NCBI RefSeq assembly: GCF_006345805.1
Contig: NW_021824850.1
Coordinates: 1,330-65,329 of the forward strand
DNA: 64,000 nucleotides
Reading direction: 5' to 3'
Source: Octopus sinensis
Lineage: Eukaryota
Numbering within the stretch: position 1 is the first letter of the stretch; each line of letters starts with the position of its first letter. A model generated the notes under the pieces. That model saw only the letters and a list, made by a program, of their open reading frames with translations. It was not told where the DNA came from and did not search any database. The position numbers and the translations under genes are program-made. Of the stretch, positions 13,205 through 26,401 are shown piece after piece.

Positions 13205-14070
13205 CTGTTGTGTTGAGTCAAAAGCTTTGCCATATGTTGATAACTCATTTGCTTTATTCGTCAAGTTACATCAAAAGCAGCCTAGCATTCAAATTAGAGG
13301 CCATCGTACTACACCGTCTGATGTCACCTGTCTGCCAGTTTTCTAATACTACGTTGATACCAATTTTCGTCTTTCGAAGCGAAGAACTCCTTCGCTGAAA
13401 TTTCCATTTCCTCTTCGTTAATGACCAGTCGCGAGCGCAGGAAGAGAGCCATGGATCAGAACAAATAATAATCCGAGGGAGATATTTCCCCACAGTCTTA
13501 ACACGCATAAGCAATGTTTAGGAAGAGGTCAGCATGGGTGTTTTGTACACAAGGTGATGCTCTGAGCCTGGTGTAATTTCGAAGAGATAATTCACTACAA
13601 ATTCGTTCAGGACCGTCAAACCATCAATGTCAAACTGTATTCCGAACAACTAGATCGGATACATATGAGTGTGCAGCAAATATATCCTGCATTTGTTAAA
13701 AGAAAAACGAGATCTTCTGCAGCTAGACAATACTAGGACTCATACCAATACCCATCAAAAAATCCGGAATAAACTACAAGAACTTGAGGGAATCGAACTG
13801 GTGACACACCCAACATATATTCCAGACCTAGCTCTAATCCGTGGCTTACTCCCTATGGTCGCGACTCTTTTTCAACCAAGAGGAGGTGTAAACCTCAGTG
13901 AAGGACTTGTTCTCTTCGAAGGATGAGAACTGCTATTACCATGGGACCAAAGAAGTGGCAGAAGTGTGACTTCAAACGGTGCAGCACGATGGCTTCTACT
14001 TTGAATATTAGGCTACTTTGTTAATGCAAATAAGTCGCAAGAATATTGCAAAACTTTTAACACAAGATTA
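13205..14070. mobile_element. Mariner transposase relic bounded by two inverted 3' ends
   Basis: Plus 13551-14010 reads KVML*AWCNFEEIIHY...LQLDN...HPTYIPDLA...FSSKDENCY...QTVQHDGFYFEY*. Minus 13490-13282 reads ISPSDYYLF*SMALFLR...EFFASKDENWYQRSIRKLADR*HQTV*YDGL*FEC*. Both ends carry gcaaa(a/g)ctttt TIR remnants. Confidence 0.85.
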
Positions 14071-14449
14071 TATTACAATAATTATGCTCAGGGTAACTAG
14101 AAATAATGTTAAAAGAGTCTCCAGTGTACGGATCGATAAGGCGCAACTTTCGTATACTAGGTGACGCGATTATAGATCCAAGCTGAGGTGAAGTAGAATA
14201 AGAGGAATTAAGAACGTTGCGAAAGAATCTAGCAAACGCTGTTGATAGCTTAACTAAACAATTAATCAAACACTCGAGTAGTTAATGGGTTAAATGATTA
14301 ATTGATTGACCAATAATAACAAAGGAATTATAAATGAACGAGTGCGAGTGTTTTCAGTGGCAGGATGATCTTTCGCCAAAACAACAATTTATATGTATAC
14401 ATATAAATAATACACATATATATGTGTATGTGTATATATAGATAGGTAT

Positions 14450-14538
<89 letters not shown>

Positions 14539-14543
<5 letters not shown>

Positions 14544-14843
14544 CGTGATCACCGTGACCGACCAGGCCATCAGTTGTTACACATCGCTGGTCACAATGCG
14601 CTTCGCATTGTTTTAGCCTTCAAATGACGCCACCCCGCTGGCTAAGCGAGCAGGCCTACAGAAGTAAGAGTGAGAGAAAGTCGTGGCGAAAGAGTACAGC
14701 AGGGATCGCCACCACCCCTGCCGGAGCCTCGTGGAGCTTTAGGTGTTTTCGCTCAATAAACACTCACAACGCCCGGTCTGAGAATCGAAACCGCGATTCT
14801 ACGACCGCGAGTCCGCTGCCCTAACCACTAGGCCATTGCACCT

Positions 14844-14846
<3 letters not shown>
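14539..14846 (-). mobile_element. tRNA-derived SINE family B, full length
   Basis: Reverse complement of the 7739-7978 type, with A-box and B-box present. The tail runs into (TA)n at 14455-14539. Confidence 0.92.
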
Positions 14847-14916
<70 letters not shown>

Positions 14917-14917
<1 letters not shown>

Positions 14918-15110
14918 CGGAAAGGTTTACAAAAATAAACAAAAGACGAAGGCAGGTGGAGAACAAACAAACAAGTGTATTAGTATGGCGCTCAGGAATA
15001 GAAATAGAAAAAGTCTTTTACGTTTCCAGCCTACGCTCTTCGACAGAAAGATACACAGAAAAAAACAAAGAGAGAAAAAAATGCGTGTAGGAGCTAACGA
15101 TCTATCATGG
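14917..15110 (-). mobile_element. Family H1 short element
   Basis: Motif ctttctgtcgaagagcgtaggctggaaacgtaaaag at 15015-15050 (N7 = C, stem II closing pair damaged). (TA)n flank. Confidence 0.85.
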
Positions 15111-15589
15111 CGTCCATATACATAATGTAAGTTATGTAAGTTACAGCCACACACACACACACACATCTTTTGAAAGAGGTAAAGTAATCAATGCCATAAT
15201 AGCTGAGTATCACTTTGCAAATAAATGGAAAAACATATTTACAGATAAACAAGAATCTTGAATAGTAAAATATCACATGCTGCAAATTATAAATTAGACG
15301 TATCATTGGCACATACTGCTCGTAATCATTTTACATTTTGCATAAATGATCACCCGTTGTTGAGCTTCTGCTAGAATCACATATGCGTGTATATTACTAG
15401 TGAATATAAGAGCTCTGTCAACGACCAAACATTTCCGCTAATGATTTTATGAACAGAACCTTAAGTTATGAGGAGAAACATAAGCTAACCGTAAGGCTAA
15501 GTTACAATGTTACAATCAGAAATAAATGGTGGTTTCTTTTACATATATTTATACATATTTGTGTGTATGTGTACATATGCATATTTGTG

Positions 15590-15639
<50 letters not shown>

Positions 15640-15789
15640 TATATACATACATACATATATAACTACTATTACGCGCAGACATACAAACATATACACACAT
15701 ATATATTAAACGTTCAATGAAAATATGCATATTTCTCAAAAGAAAGTAAAATTTCTCCTCATTTCTTTTTTACAATACGAAAAAACTTA

Positions 15790-15922
15790 TATTATTTGCT
15801 CTCAACCGAAGCAAGGCTCTAAATTTTTTTTCCAATAGGACAAATTTATATTATTTCATCTTAACCGAAGCAAGGCTCTATAACCTCAATAGGACAAATT
15901 TATATTATTTGCCCTCAACCGT
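15790..15922. repeat. Tandem repeat of a ~55-bp unit, ~2.4 copies
   Basis: atattattt..ct(c/t)aaccgaagcaaggctcta...caataggacaaattt is repeated. Confidence 0.85.
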
Positions 15923-15939
15923 CGAAAATTAAACGTCAC

Positions 15940-16085
15940 AGTCAATGATATCAAATAAAATAATTCTTTCTACCTCGAAAAGAAAAATGTCAAAATAGAC
16001 CTTGGCGGATTTTGAACTATGAGCTGGAAAAATAGCTACTAAGTATTTTGCCTGGTATGCTAAAGATTTTACCAGCTCGCTCGCT
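15940..16085 (-). mobile_element. Degraded SINE family D
   Basis: gaccttggcggattttgaact and ccagctcgc match the reverse complement of the family-D head. Confidence 0.55.
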
Positions 16086-16596
16086 GTCTTAGTAATAAAA
16101 ACAACCCTTTTTTTAAATAGACACATCTGAAATTTGGGAGTAAATGTTCATTATTAGATCTCACTATTGTCGATACTATACGTTATCCATTACATAACTA
16201 TTTCTCTACCACATACTCGTCCCCATCACTCCGTTTCTTTACCCACATACCCAAGTTTTTCTATCATCGACCTTCATATTCTTCAACTACATTTTCTATA
16301 CTTTGAACAAACAGACACATCATAGAGGAGTGAGAAATCTTTAATCTTACGCAAGAGAGGGGAGATGGCATAATAATGACAGGAACATTTAAATATTGAC
16401 GCAAAACTCAGCAATGATGGGGCTACACTAAAATGCGCTCAGTACACATTGCAAAGTGGTTAGTAACAGGGTGGGCAAGTGAAGAGAAGGGAAAATGTAT
16501 GGTTCTCCAATCCGTCTGAGAATTCACCCATTCAACCCATCGTAACCAAAAGTGTGGACATAAAATAAATGTTCTTGATAATGTTGTCGATTATAT

Positions 16597-16646
<50 letters not shown>

Positions 16647-17947
16647 TACATACATACATACATGCATACATACATGTGTGTTGTGCACGCGTTTGTTTGT
16701 ATATGTATATCTCTCTATCTCTCTATATATGTGCATGTATTGTATATATATATATATACACACACATATATATATATATAAACATATATGTGTGCATGTA
16801 TTGTTTATATACATAAATATATATGTATATACACATACATATAGGTATACAATATATACACATATTCATACACACATATACAAACATACACACACATACA
16901 CCCATATGATTGTGGATTAAGTATGATCTATATTTACTTGTGAATGAAGTATGATAGCTTTACATTTAATTCGCATCGTTGAGAGAAATTTATCTTCAGG
17001 CTTCGGAACTTATCCACCATTAAATTGTCTCTTCGCACAAATGCTACGATCACTTGTCCGAGACATTTTTAAAAAGCAAATCAATGTGATAAAATACTTT
17101 GAATTCGGTAAATATTCCACCATATTTAAAAGTTTTGCATAATGAAATCACAACACGGCAATGTCCCTCTCAATCACTGTTCATCCTTTCACTACACACG
17201 CAGTTTTAGGTGGGTGTATTCTCTAATTATTTCAGCTATGTCTTTCTGATCGACTCCCAGAGCGTTCCATTCAGACATCGATATGCTAAATATTAGTGAC
17301 GCAAACATTCTTTTAGCCATTACATCTGCTTTTATGGTTTTTCTCGATGCTCTTTTTAGACATTCCTATTGTGATTAGCGATGGTAATTTTGATAGCTTA
17401 TAATTGATGCTTTTATTTCTTTCTCTTGTTCTAAGAACGTGTGTGTGCATGCACGTACGTGTATATGTGTGTTAACATGTGTATATATGTGTGTGTGTGT
17501 GTGTGTGTATGTTTGCGTGGATTGAAAGAGTGGTAGTGTTTGTTTGTCTGGGAGTGCGTGTTTCAGTGAGTGTATATATATATGCATGTGTGTAAACGAA
17601 TGCGTCTTTTTACTTGACTTCCATGAAGGAAGAATGAAAGGATGAACAGAAAGAAGGAAAATAGAGAGAAAGCATGGAAGGAAGGAAGTCGGCAGGACTA
17701 TAAAAAGAATAAAAGAACTCGATGGAATTATCATTGTACCCGTTCTTTTTTCCTTCTTAACAATGAAATGAAAAAAATAAAATAGTCCAAGTGTGAGTAA
17801 CACAGTTGAATGATGGTAAAAGATTGAGCAGTCTGTGAAGTTAAGTAGATTTGGTGATGATTGTGTTTGGAGGCAGCAACAGTTGGTGTCTGCCAATATT
17901 TCCATGCGAGTAGCTGTATTATGTTTATGCCGCACGGAGATAATCAA

Positions 17948-17967
17948 ATCATAATAATGATGATGAT

Positions 17968-18019
<52 letters not shown>

Positions 18020-18055
18020 TAATGATAAAAATAATAATAATATATAATAATAATG

Positions 18056-18089
<34 letters not shown>

Positions 18090-18160
18090 TAATAATAATA
18101 ATAATAATAATAATAATATGATAATAATAATAATATAATAATAATAATGAAAAAAATAAA

Positions 18161-18250
<90 letters not shown>

Positions 18251-18332
18251 AATAATGATAAAAATAATAATAATAATAAAAATAATAATAAAAATAATAA
18301 TAAGAAGAAGAATAAAAATAATAATAATGATA
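17948..18332. repeat. Long (AAT)n-based microsatellite
   Basis: Directly visible. Confidence 0.95.
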
Positions 18333-18333
18333 A

Positions 18334-18512
18334 CAAATTTTGGCACAGAGCCAGTAATTTCAGGAGCGGGGAAAAGTCTATTATGTCACCTCCAGTGGTA
18401 AACTGGTACTTCATTTTTTTCGACCCCGAAAGAATGAAATGCAAGGTCGACCCCTGAGTAATTTGAACATTGAACATGAAGATGGACGAAATGCCGCCAA
18501 GCATTTCACCCA
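18334..18512 (-). mobile_element. Degraded SINE family D variant
   Basis: tcgaccccgaaagaatgaaatgcaaggtcgac and aaattttggcacagagccagtaattt are shared with the copies at 21866 and 37621. Confidence 0.8.
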
Positions 18513-18794
18513 CATCACACCACCCCACAGTACTCTACACACTCTAGCACTGACCACTTCCCAGCACCCACACCAGCATCCACACACCCGCACATTACAG
18601 AAGCACATTATAGACGCACGTTACACACGCACATACACACACATCAAAGTCGCTATCCCCTGTTCACACGCACCTTTGTTTTGGGATCATCAGTACTTTG
18701 TTATCTCCCCTTCTTCCAAGCTCTCCTGACCAACTACCTTTTTCCAACCACTTGTCATGATTGACCGTTAAATCCACAGGTTTTTATTCTCTCT

Positions 18795-18945
18795 CTCTCC
18801 GTTTATTTCCTCATGTTCCTCTCAGTTGAAGAGCGTAGGCTCGAAACATAAAAGACTTTCTTACTGTCCCGAGCGTCAAACTAATACACCTTCTTATTGT
18901 TTATACACCTGTCTTCACCTTATGCTTTTCCGTAAATTTCGACTA
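18795..18945 (+). mobile_element. Family H1 short element, older and diverged
   Basis: gttgaagagcgtaggctcgaaacataaaagactttc...gagcgtcaaactaatacacc...cacctgtcttc...cgtaaatttcgac, followed by (TA)n. Confidence 0.75.
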
Positions 18946-18989
18946 TATATATATAAATAATTTTAAATATATAAAAGTATATAACTGCA

Positions 18990-19345
18990 AAAGGCAGAGG
19001 CTATCCCAAGTGGAACTGGAGATCTCTACAAAAGTTGAAAGGATGTCAACGTGATTACGCTGAACACAAAGAGCAAAAGGTTGAACAAGAACAGGGATTA
19101 ATAGAGGGACCAATAAATCTTTACGAAAGAAATAGCTACTCGGATGAAGGTAACTTTTCCTCTGTAGAGGGAATGACTGTTACAGAGGAAGAAAGATGCT
19201 TTCTACTACACCTAAATGAGGCACGAAATAGTAAAATAAAGAGCCCGTCAGGTCTGAAAGGAACCAATAGAAGAAATCTATAGAAAATAGTGAAAAAGAT
19301 GGACGAGCTGTTTGCGAAAATCTACATCGAAATCGTTGTTGTTAA
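18990..19345 (+). pseudogene. Possible R4/Dong-clade LINE ORF fragment
   Basis: The peptide ...LLHLNEARNSKIKSPSGLKGTNRRNL*KIVKKMDELFAKI resembles, from memory, the pre-RT region of R4/Dong elements (LPxLRxxxRxxLxxxVxKxDxxL). No RT motifs are seen. Confidence 0.4.
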
Positions 19346-20106
19346 AAGTCAAAGAAACACAAAGGACAAGGCTGCTCGCCTCAACATGGCTCAACAGGGT
19401 GGCATCATAAGAAAGCTACAACAATTTGAGGAGGTGCATTGTAACCAGCGGGGGATAGTCTGGTTCATTCGTTGGTACTATTGCGACGGTGACAATCTAC
19501 TCACGTGCAATGAGAACCAACCGCCTGCTAGTGCTGCCCTCCACACTATAATTGTCACATGCTGGATTACTCAGATATTGTAGACAGATTCGAACTAGCA
19601 CATTGCCGGCTTGAAGTTGTTTTGTAACCAAATACGGTGTTACATTTTTCCGTTTACTAAAAAACTGACGGAAAATTAGCTATTTTAGAAGTTAGTCTTG
19701 AGCACAGGAATACAAGAACATGGGAAGTTAGAGCCAGTGATGACGGCATATGAACCATTGTTCAAGCAGTTCAACATCCGTACGATGCGCTAACTGCGGT
19801 TGACTAAAGTAGTACAATGCAGGAAAGCTACTTAAACAACAAATTAAAAACATCAAAAGCAGCAACCATTTAACCTAGTCAACACGTCTTTGGCATTATT
19901 TTCGTTTCTGTGTTCTATCAAACATTTAAACAATTACAGTGCCAATGACGACATGATGAAAAAAATATAAATACTAAAAAGCAAACAAAATTATCAGAAA
20001 AAACCTCGATTGTCTCTCGTCTCACCTCTTTCATTTTATTCATTTCTACCCACCAGCTCTTTCTTCCTAACACACACCAACACATTTTTGTGTGTGAATG
20101 GATATA

Positions 20107-20172
<66 letters not shown>

Positions 20173-20379
20173 AATAAAACAGTAACTCGAGTGGACAGAT
20201 CGTTCGGTAATTCGTGCTCTGTGATAATTAACTAAATACAATAAACAGAGACGTTCATTATTTCTTTGTAGTACTGTATTTGTGTGAGTGTGCATGTGTG
20301 GGTGTTTGTAAATTATCTGTTATATATTTTTTATATGTTCATGTCTCTTATTATTTGAAGTTATCGTTGAATCCCAGAT

Positions 20380-21745
20380 CAGCCAGATCGAGTAAGTTTA
20401 TGGAAAAAGTTGTTCTGTCTGTGACAATCCTATACGTTTTTGTATTCCTCGCAGATCGAGCAATCCTATAGAGCTTCCATTGTTTCTATTTGCTGTGATG
20501 AATGTCTGGTTGTTTCTCCCACCGCTATAAAGTGCTTCTAGGTTACTATTCATCGTGCAATACTTTCTAAAAATGTCTAGCACCATAATCTCGAGCAGAC
20601 CAATGTAATATGTTAGGTGGAAAGGGTATGGAGCTCCGTCATAATATATACATACAAGTATGACAACCACATACATAGTGGTTATCAAAAAGCGATTTGT
20701 TGCATTCTTACCGTGTTGTGCAACTGTTATTCGGATCTATCAAACGGCTTTAATAACCTGGTGGCGTACAGTACTCTAAGTTTTTTTTTTTACTAAATCA
20801 CCAGCTATTCTTGTGTTTTTTTAGTGCTGTAACCTTACTAAATCTTATCGATTCCATTCTAAATGCCATTGTCAGTGCTGTTGACGATTTTCCCCGTCAA
20901 CACCCCCTTAATTAATTCGATCTTTCGGCCTCAGTCTTCTTGTTGCACCGGGAGAGACGTATTCACTGTAATTTGTGTCTTTCTGTTGAGGAGCATTTAA
21001 ACAATTGTTTTCCTTTCTGCTTCATTTAAAAGGTGTTACACTTTAGTGAGCATAACTTCCCTATCTTCTAGTTTGCTGATGTGCTTCTCTGCCTGTTCTA
21101 AATCTTCATGCTTTTTGTCGCGTGAAACAAAACCAAAAATGTTGGTAATCATAGCAAAAGGAATATTTTTGTTGTGTTTTCACTGTTGCTCCAATTGTTA
21201 CAGTTATTACCTTTAGTGTTTTTGCAGTTGCTTCTGTCACTGTTGACTTTGCTAACATCGCCTTTGCTGTTACTGTTGTTACTTTCGTTAATGTTTGTGT
21301 TTTTACAGTTACTGCCTTTTGCTGTTATGGCAGTGCAGCAAAGCTTTTAACTTTGAACATTCAAAGGGGAAAACACTTCGTCCCTTCTATGAACTTATGT
21401 CATCTTTGCTACTATTGCTGTGATTGCTGTTGCAACTCTTGTTAACGTTGTTGTTGTTCTTCTTCTAACTGATATTATTATTGATTACTGCTGTTGCAGT
21501 AGTACAATTATTTGAACTGTGATCTTTCCCTCTCTTCACATCATTCTTCTTCCCTTCCACGTACTCCATCTGCCTTTGCGATTCACCTCTTACATCTTCC
21601 TTCAGCTTATTGGCTGTAGAAGCCGACGCCATGTTTGTAAAAAGATGTGCTTATCAAAATAAAATGTGAACATTTTTCTTAGAAATTCGAGCCCCAAAAT
21701 AGCTAGAAACAAAAGGGTGCTATGGGTTTAAGCTAGAGTTAAGCA
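20380..21745 (-). pseudogene. Degraded LINE-like 5' end and gag-like ORF1
   Basis: ATG at 21632 in aaacATGG gives MASASTANKLKEDVRGESQRQMEY..., then an N/S-rich linker and one mostly open frame with scattered stops. A zinc-knuckle-like DCSICEEYKNV*DC lies near 20425-20465. Confidence 0.4.
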
Positions 21746-21865
21746 TTTTTTATAAGAAAATTTCAATGATTATTAACTTTCGAGCATATTAACAAAAGAA
21801 CAAACTTATGTTCGACCCAAAGCTACTTGTTACTGACAAGACCAGAATAACAAAAATTGATGGTT

Positions 21866-22042
21866 TAAAATTTTGGCACAAGGCCAGTAACTCTGAGCAA
21901 CGGGGTAAGTCGATTACATCAACCCCAGTGCTCGAAAGACAAAGTCGACGTCGGCGGAATTAGAACTCAGAAAGTAAAGACAGACGAAATGCTTTCAATA
22001 TTTTCCCGGCGTGAAAACGATTCTGCCGGCTTGCTGACTTAA
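21866..22042 (-). mobile_element. SINE family D variant
   Basis: aagtcgacgtcggcggaattagaactcagaa...cccggcgtgaaaacgattctgccggcttgc is the reverse complement of the D head. Confidence 0.8.
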
Positions 22043-22080
22043 TAATAATAATGATGATGATGATGATGATAATAATAATA

Positions 22081-22125
<45 letters not shown>

Positions 22126-22142
22126 CAACAACAACAATAATA

Positions 22143-22680
22143 ATGTCCTGATGCAGTGTCAGGCAGTGGCTTCCATCTTAACTGATTGGAAGTGTTATCA
22201 TGTACATTGTTTTGTGTTGGTATAAAAGATAGGCTGCAGTAAATATTCTGCTCAATACCATAGATTTGCTTGTCAGTTGTTTGACCTTAACCTTTGAGCA
22301 TGTTCCTTATTGGCTGACGACATGTGCATCTCTGATCACGAGAAGAAGTAGTGAGGGAGCACCTTAGCTATGTGTTGAGAGGAATACTTTGGTGTTTGGA
22401 TAATTCCCCTTTGGAAACATGGGTGCTTTGTTCAACATCCTTAAACAACCCTTATTCAGGGACCTTTCGTGCAGAATGAGCTACTCAATTTTAAGAAAAT
22501 TCTAACTGGGCCCCACCTGCAATGTCATGAGCTGTTTATCTCGATGTGATATCACCATGTCACGCACATATGGCTGTGATGTTAGTGTCTGGTATGCCTG
22601 TATAAGACGGGGTAGTCATGCTGGGCATTGTATATTTTACCCCAGTGTCACTTTGATGGCATGCACTACTCTGTCATTCA
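22143..22680 (+). mobile_element. ~540-bp non-coding interspersed element (family E) embedded in (AAT)n
   Basis: (AAT)n lies on both sides (22043-22142 and 22680-22722). A homologous inverted copy is at 24885-25270. Confidence 0.85.
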
Positions 22681-22724
22681 ATAATAATAATATTAATAAT
22701 AATAATAATAATAATAATAACAAT

Positions 22725-22918
22725 CCTTTCCACACAGGGCACAAGGCCTGGAATTTTGGGGAAGGAGAGTAGTCAATTACACCGACCTCAGTGTTTCACT
22801 AGTACTGAAACGATGAAATGCTAATCGACCTCGGCGGAATTTGAACTCATAATGTAAAGACGGAAATATCGCTAAGCATTTTGGCCGGCGTGCTAACGAT
22901 TCTGCCAGCTCGCTGCCC

Positions 22919-22919
<1 letters not shown>
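22725..22919 (-). mobile_element. SINE family D variant
   Basis: atcgacctcggcggaatttgaactca...ggccggcgtgctaacgattctgccagctcgc. Confidence 0.85.
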
Positions 22920-22975
<56 letters not shown>

Positions 22976-23162
22976 ACAACATTACTGCCGATAAATTTGA
23001 CTCAGCATAAAATCTTAGATTCATATTTAGAAATATATAGATGGCGCGGTAGAGAAAAGTAGAATTGTGTCACACAAAATTTCTGCTAATGGAAAAATGA
23101 AGGGAAATGGTTACTTGAAACCAAACTCAACACTGGGTCACTGGAGCTTATGGCACTTGGCC

Positions 23163-23197
<35 letters not shown>

Positions 23198-23697
23198 TAC
23201 AAATAATATATTTCGACAGAAAATCACTTTAAATCACACTCGATTTGATCTTGGGAAGAGGACCTCTCTGTTTGTTAAAGAGAGCATTATCTCATATTAC
23301 TTCCGTGTCGGTTGAATTAAGTGTGTGGCTAAATGTCAAAAAGTATCAGGTAGGACTGTTAGTAATGCCAGCGTATTGACATTATTGGCAAAAGTCTTTG
23401 AGCCCCCAACTAAAAAACAGTAAATGTGGTATTTTCCTATTAACTACAAGAACGAATTTGGTGATACGAAAATTCTATGTATGCTATCATAGTACAAATT
23501 GCTTGAGTTTGAAAATATATGGGCTACATAAACTTTGCCGATATTTAGTAGTTATTATGAGGAATAGCTTGGACTTAAATTGAAAATTGTAAAATTAAGT
23601 CTTTGCCTTATAAAAATATTTATCAAGTTGTCAGTATTTTTGTAATCTTGTTACGGAAGCTAAGGTATACCCTAAACAAATACACTTCGTTATTCTT

Positions 23698-23971
23698 TTC
23701 TACTCTAGGAACAAGGCCTGAAATTTTGGGGAGAGGAGGCCTGGCGATTAGATCGATCCCAATACGGAACTGGTGCTTAATTGAAGCGACCCTGAAAGGA
23801 TGAAAGGCAAAGACGACCTCGGCAGAATTTGAACTCAGACCGTAGCTACAGACGAAATACCTACTTCTTTACTACCCACAAGGGGTGAAACACAGAGATG
23901 ACAAACAAGGACAGACAAACGGATTAAGTCGATGATATCGACCCCAGTGCGTAAGTGGTATTTAATTTATC
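23698..23971 (-). mobile_element. SINE family D with a tandem headless unit
   Basis: gaccctgaaaggatgaaaggcaaagacgacctcggcagaatttgaactcag, followed by ttctttactacccacaagggg...ggattaagtcgatgatatcgacccc. Confidence 0.85.
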
Positions 23972-24884
23972 GGCACTGTCCTGCTCTTAATTGTCAGAAG
24001 TGAAAGTAGTCAACTTCGTGTATTTACGTCAGGTTTATACCTTCCTTAATTTACGCCGTTTATTTACGTACCACCACGCTGTTAGGTTTATAAAACAATT
24101 AGGTTTATAAAACAGTTAGGTTTATTAAGTTTATAAATAAATACATTTCATTCCATGTTCTGTTTAAACTTTATAAATAAATACCTTTCGTTATTAATTA
24201 TTTAATAATAATTATAAAATACCTGATAAACTACAGTATTGTATTTTATCCTCTACTTTACACATCTGCCAATCGACTTGCTTTATATCTGTTAATAGCC
24301 AGTATGCTGGTTGTGTAAGTTAGAATGTCTTAATTTGAGGCTGCTTCTTATGTTCCTGTATCAATGACCACTAAGCAAAGAAACTGCAGTAAAGTTGAAG
24401 CAGAAAATTTAACTTGAACCAATTTAGAACGCGTGATGTTGAACTCAGGTGCTTTCGCTTTTGCAAGGATACTGTGTTTGTGTAATAGTATTGGTCTTCA
24501 AGTTCATTAATTAATATTTATTAGAAATGAATTGTTGATAAGCTAGGATATTTATTACGTTTATTATAGATGTTAAACTAATGTAGTTTCTTTTTTCCAT
24601 TAGAAAATTTGAGGTGAACACCTCATTATATAATGTCAGTAGACCTGTGTATTAGGAAAATCTTTTGAATTATTTGAGCCTTGCAATATTTGCTTTCTGA
24701 TTCCAAGTCTCGCCTAGTTAAACTTTACCTTTTATCTTTCCGTAGTCGATAAAAATAAAATACGTGTGAAGTACTGAGATCAATTGTGTCGATATAACTC
24801 CTACCCTTAGAGCTGCTGGCCTTATGCCTAAATTATTATTATAAAAATGCCATATTTCCCTGGTAGCGGTATGAGATGCTATCC

Positions 24885-25270
24885 AGAGACTGGTAGAATT
24901 TTCTTCTGGTCGAGTAACCCATACCGCTCAAAAGGTCCCTGAATAAGGATTGTTTAAGGATGTTGAACGAACCACCCATGTTTCCAAAGGTGAATTATTC
25001 AAACCCCAAAGCAAAGAATTTCTCTCAATACATGGCTATGATGTCCCCCACTACTTCAGCTCGTAATCAGTGATGCATATATCGTCAGCCACTGAGGGTC
25101 ATGCTCAACTGGTTAAGATCAAACAACTGACAAGCAAATCTGTGGTATTGAGCAGAATATTTCCTGTAGCCCGTCTTTTATACCAAGACAAAACAATGTA
25201 CATGATAACACTTCCAATCAGTTAAGATGAGAAGCCACGAGAGCCTCTGTCTGGTACTGCATCAGGGCAC
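24885..25270 (-). mobile_element. Family E element, second partial copy
   Basis: Reverse complement of 22143-22510 (for example caaacaactgacaagcaaatctgtggtattgagcagaatattt). Abuts (ATT)n at 25271-25340. Confidence 0.85.
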
Positions 25271-25325
<55 letters not shown>

Positions 25326-26077
25326 CATCATCATTATTATTTGTCGTTGAACTTGTGTTTATTGTCTTCCCACATTTTTTTATTTCTTATGCTCGATACA
25401 TATATATATATATACTGAATATATGGACCATTGCAGCCAGTAAAGTAAAGATGCTTATATATTTCAAAGTGGATCGCTGAATCGGTAGGCTCCGAACACA
25501 GACGATATACTTAAACTTGGTAAGCCGATGCTTGAATCTCTACCACATTGTTTTGTGAGCGATAAAACAAGTAAACCATTTATTTTATAGGAACGATTTA
25601 TAGCAACTAAGTTATCTGGAGTGGTGTTATTTAAATCAGGGTTATTATCATGGATGATAGTATCGCTATAGAAGTGGAGCAAGCGCCTAGCTGTATTTAA
25701 GTAACATTTTCAGTTAAAATCTCATTAGAACCTACTTTACATTTCAAATATACGCACACCCATGCATACGCACATAAAAACATATAAATATTAACCGCAT
25801 GATACAAATCGGACCTATAAATGTACATATTAAATAACTTATACACATATACACTCATTTATATTGAATTATGTATTCGTTCATATAAAGATATATGTAC
25901 AAACACGAACACAAATTTAGAAATTACTTTACCCATAGACAATGAGATGCAGAGAATTATGTGAGCTCACACACAAAAATATATCTGCAGTTATATTAAT
26001 AACTTAAACTAAACAGACAATGAATTGTATATTCATTGTGTATATATGTATATCTCTCTCTCTCTTCCTTTGTGTGC

Positions 26078-26115
<38 letters not shown>

Positions 26116-26162
26116 CATATACAAATAATATATATACACGAGAAAGTATATATATATAAATA

Positions 26163-26288
26163 TGCATATGCATACCTAGACACATACACACACACACACA
26201 TATATATATATATACACACACATGTATATGCATATACATGTGTGTATATATATGTATGTGTGTGTGTGTCTAGGTATGCATATTCATA
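26163..26288. repeat. Spacer-less palindrome made of microsatellite plus a unique core
   Basis: Centre at 26230|26231 (acacatgtatatg|catatacatgtgt). The outer gcatacctagacac pairs with gtgtctaggtatgc. Confidence 0.85.
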
Positions 26289-26352
26289 TATATATATATC
26301 TATGTATATATATATATATATGTATATATATATAAGTATGCATATACATGCA

Positions 26353-26401
<49 letters not shown>

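Noticed and set aside
17000-17345. Plus-strand exon pair (17000-17107 open, phase 1-1; acceptor at 17235)
   Set aside because: The second segment has stops in all frames, the first donor (gtaaat) is moderate and no homology is recognised.
20170-20275. Another TA-docked hammerhead candidate
   Set aside because: No CUGANGA or GAAA could be placed consistently with the stems.
20398-20688. GIY-YIG endonuclease suggested by YYIG in the minus-strand ORF
   Set aside because: The surrounding GIY-YIG motif spacing is absent, and a different frame fits a zinc-knuckle ORF1 better.
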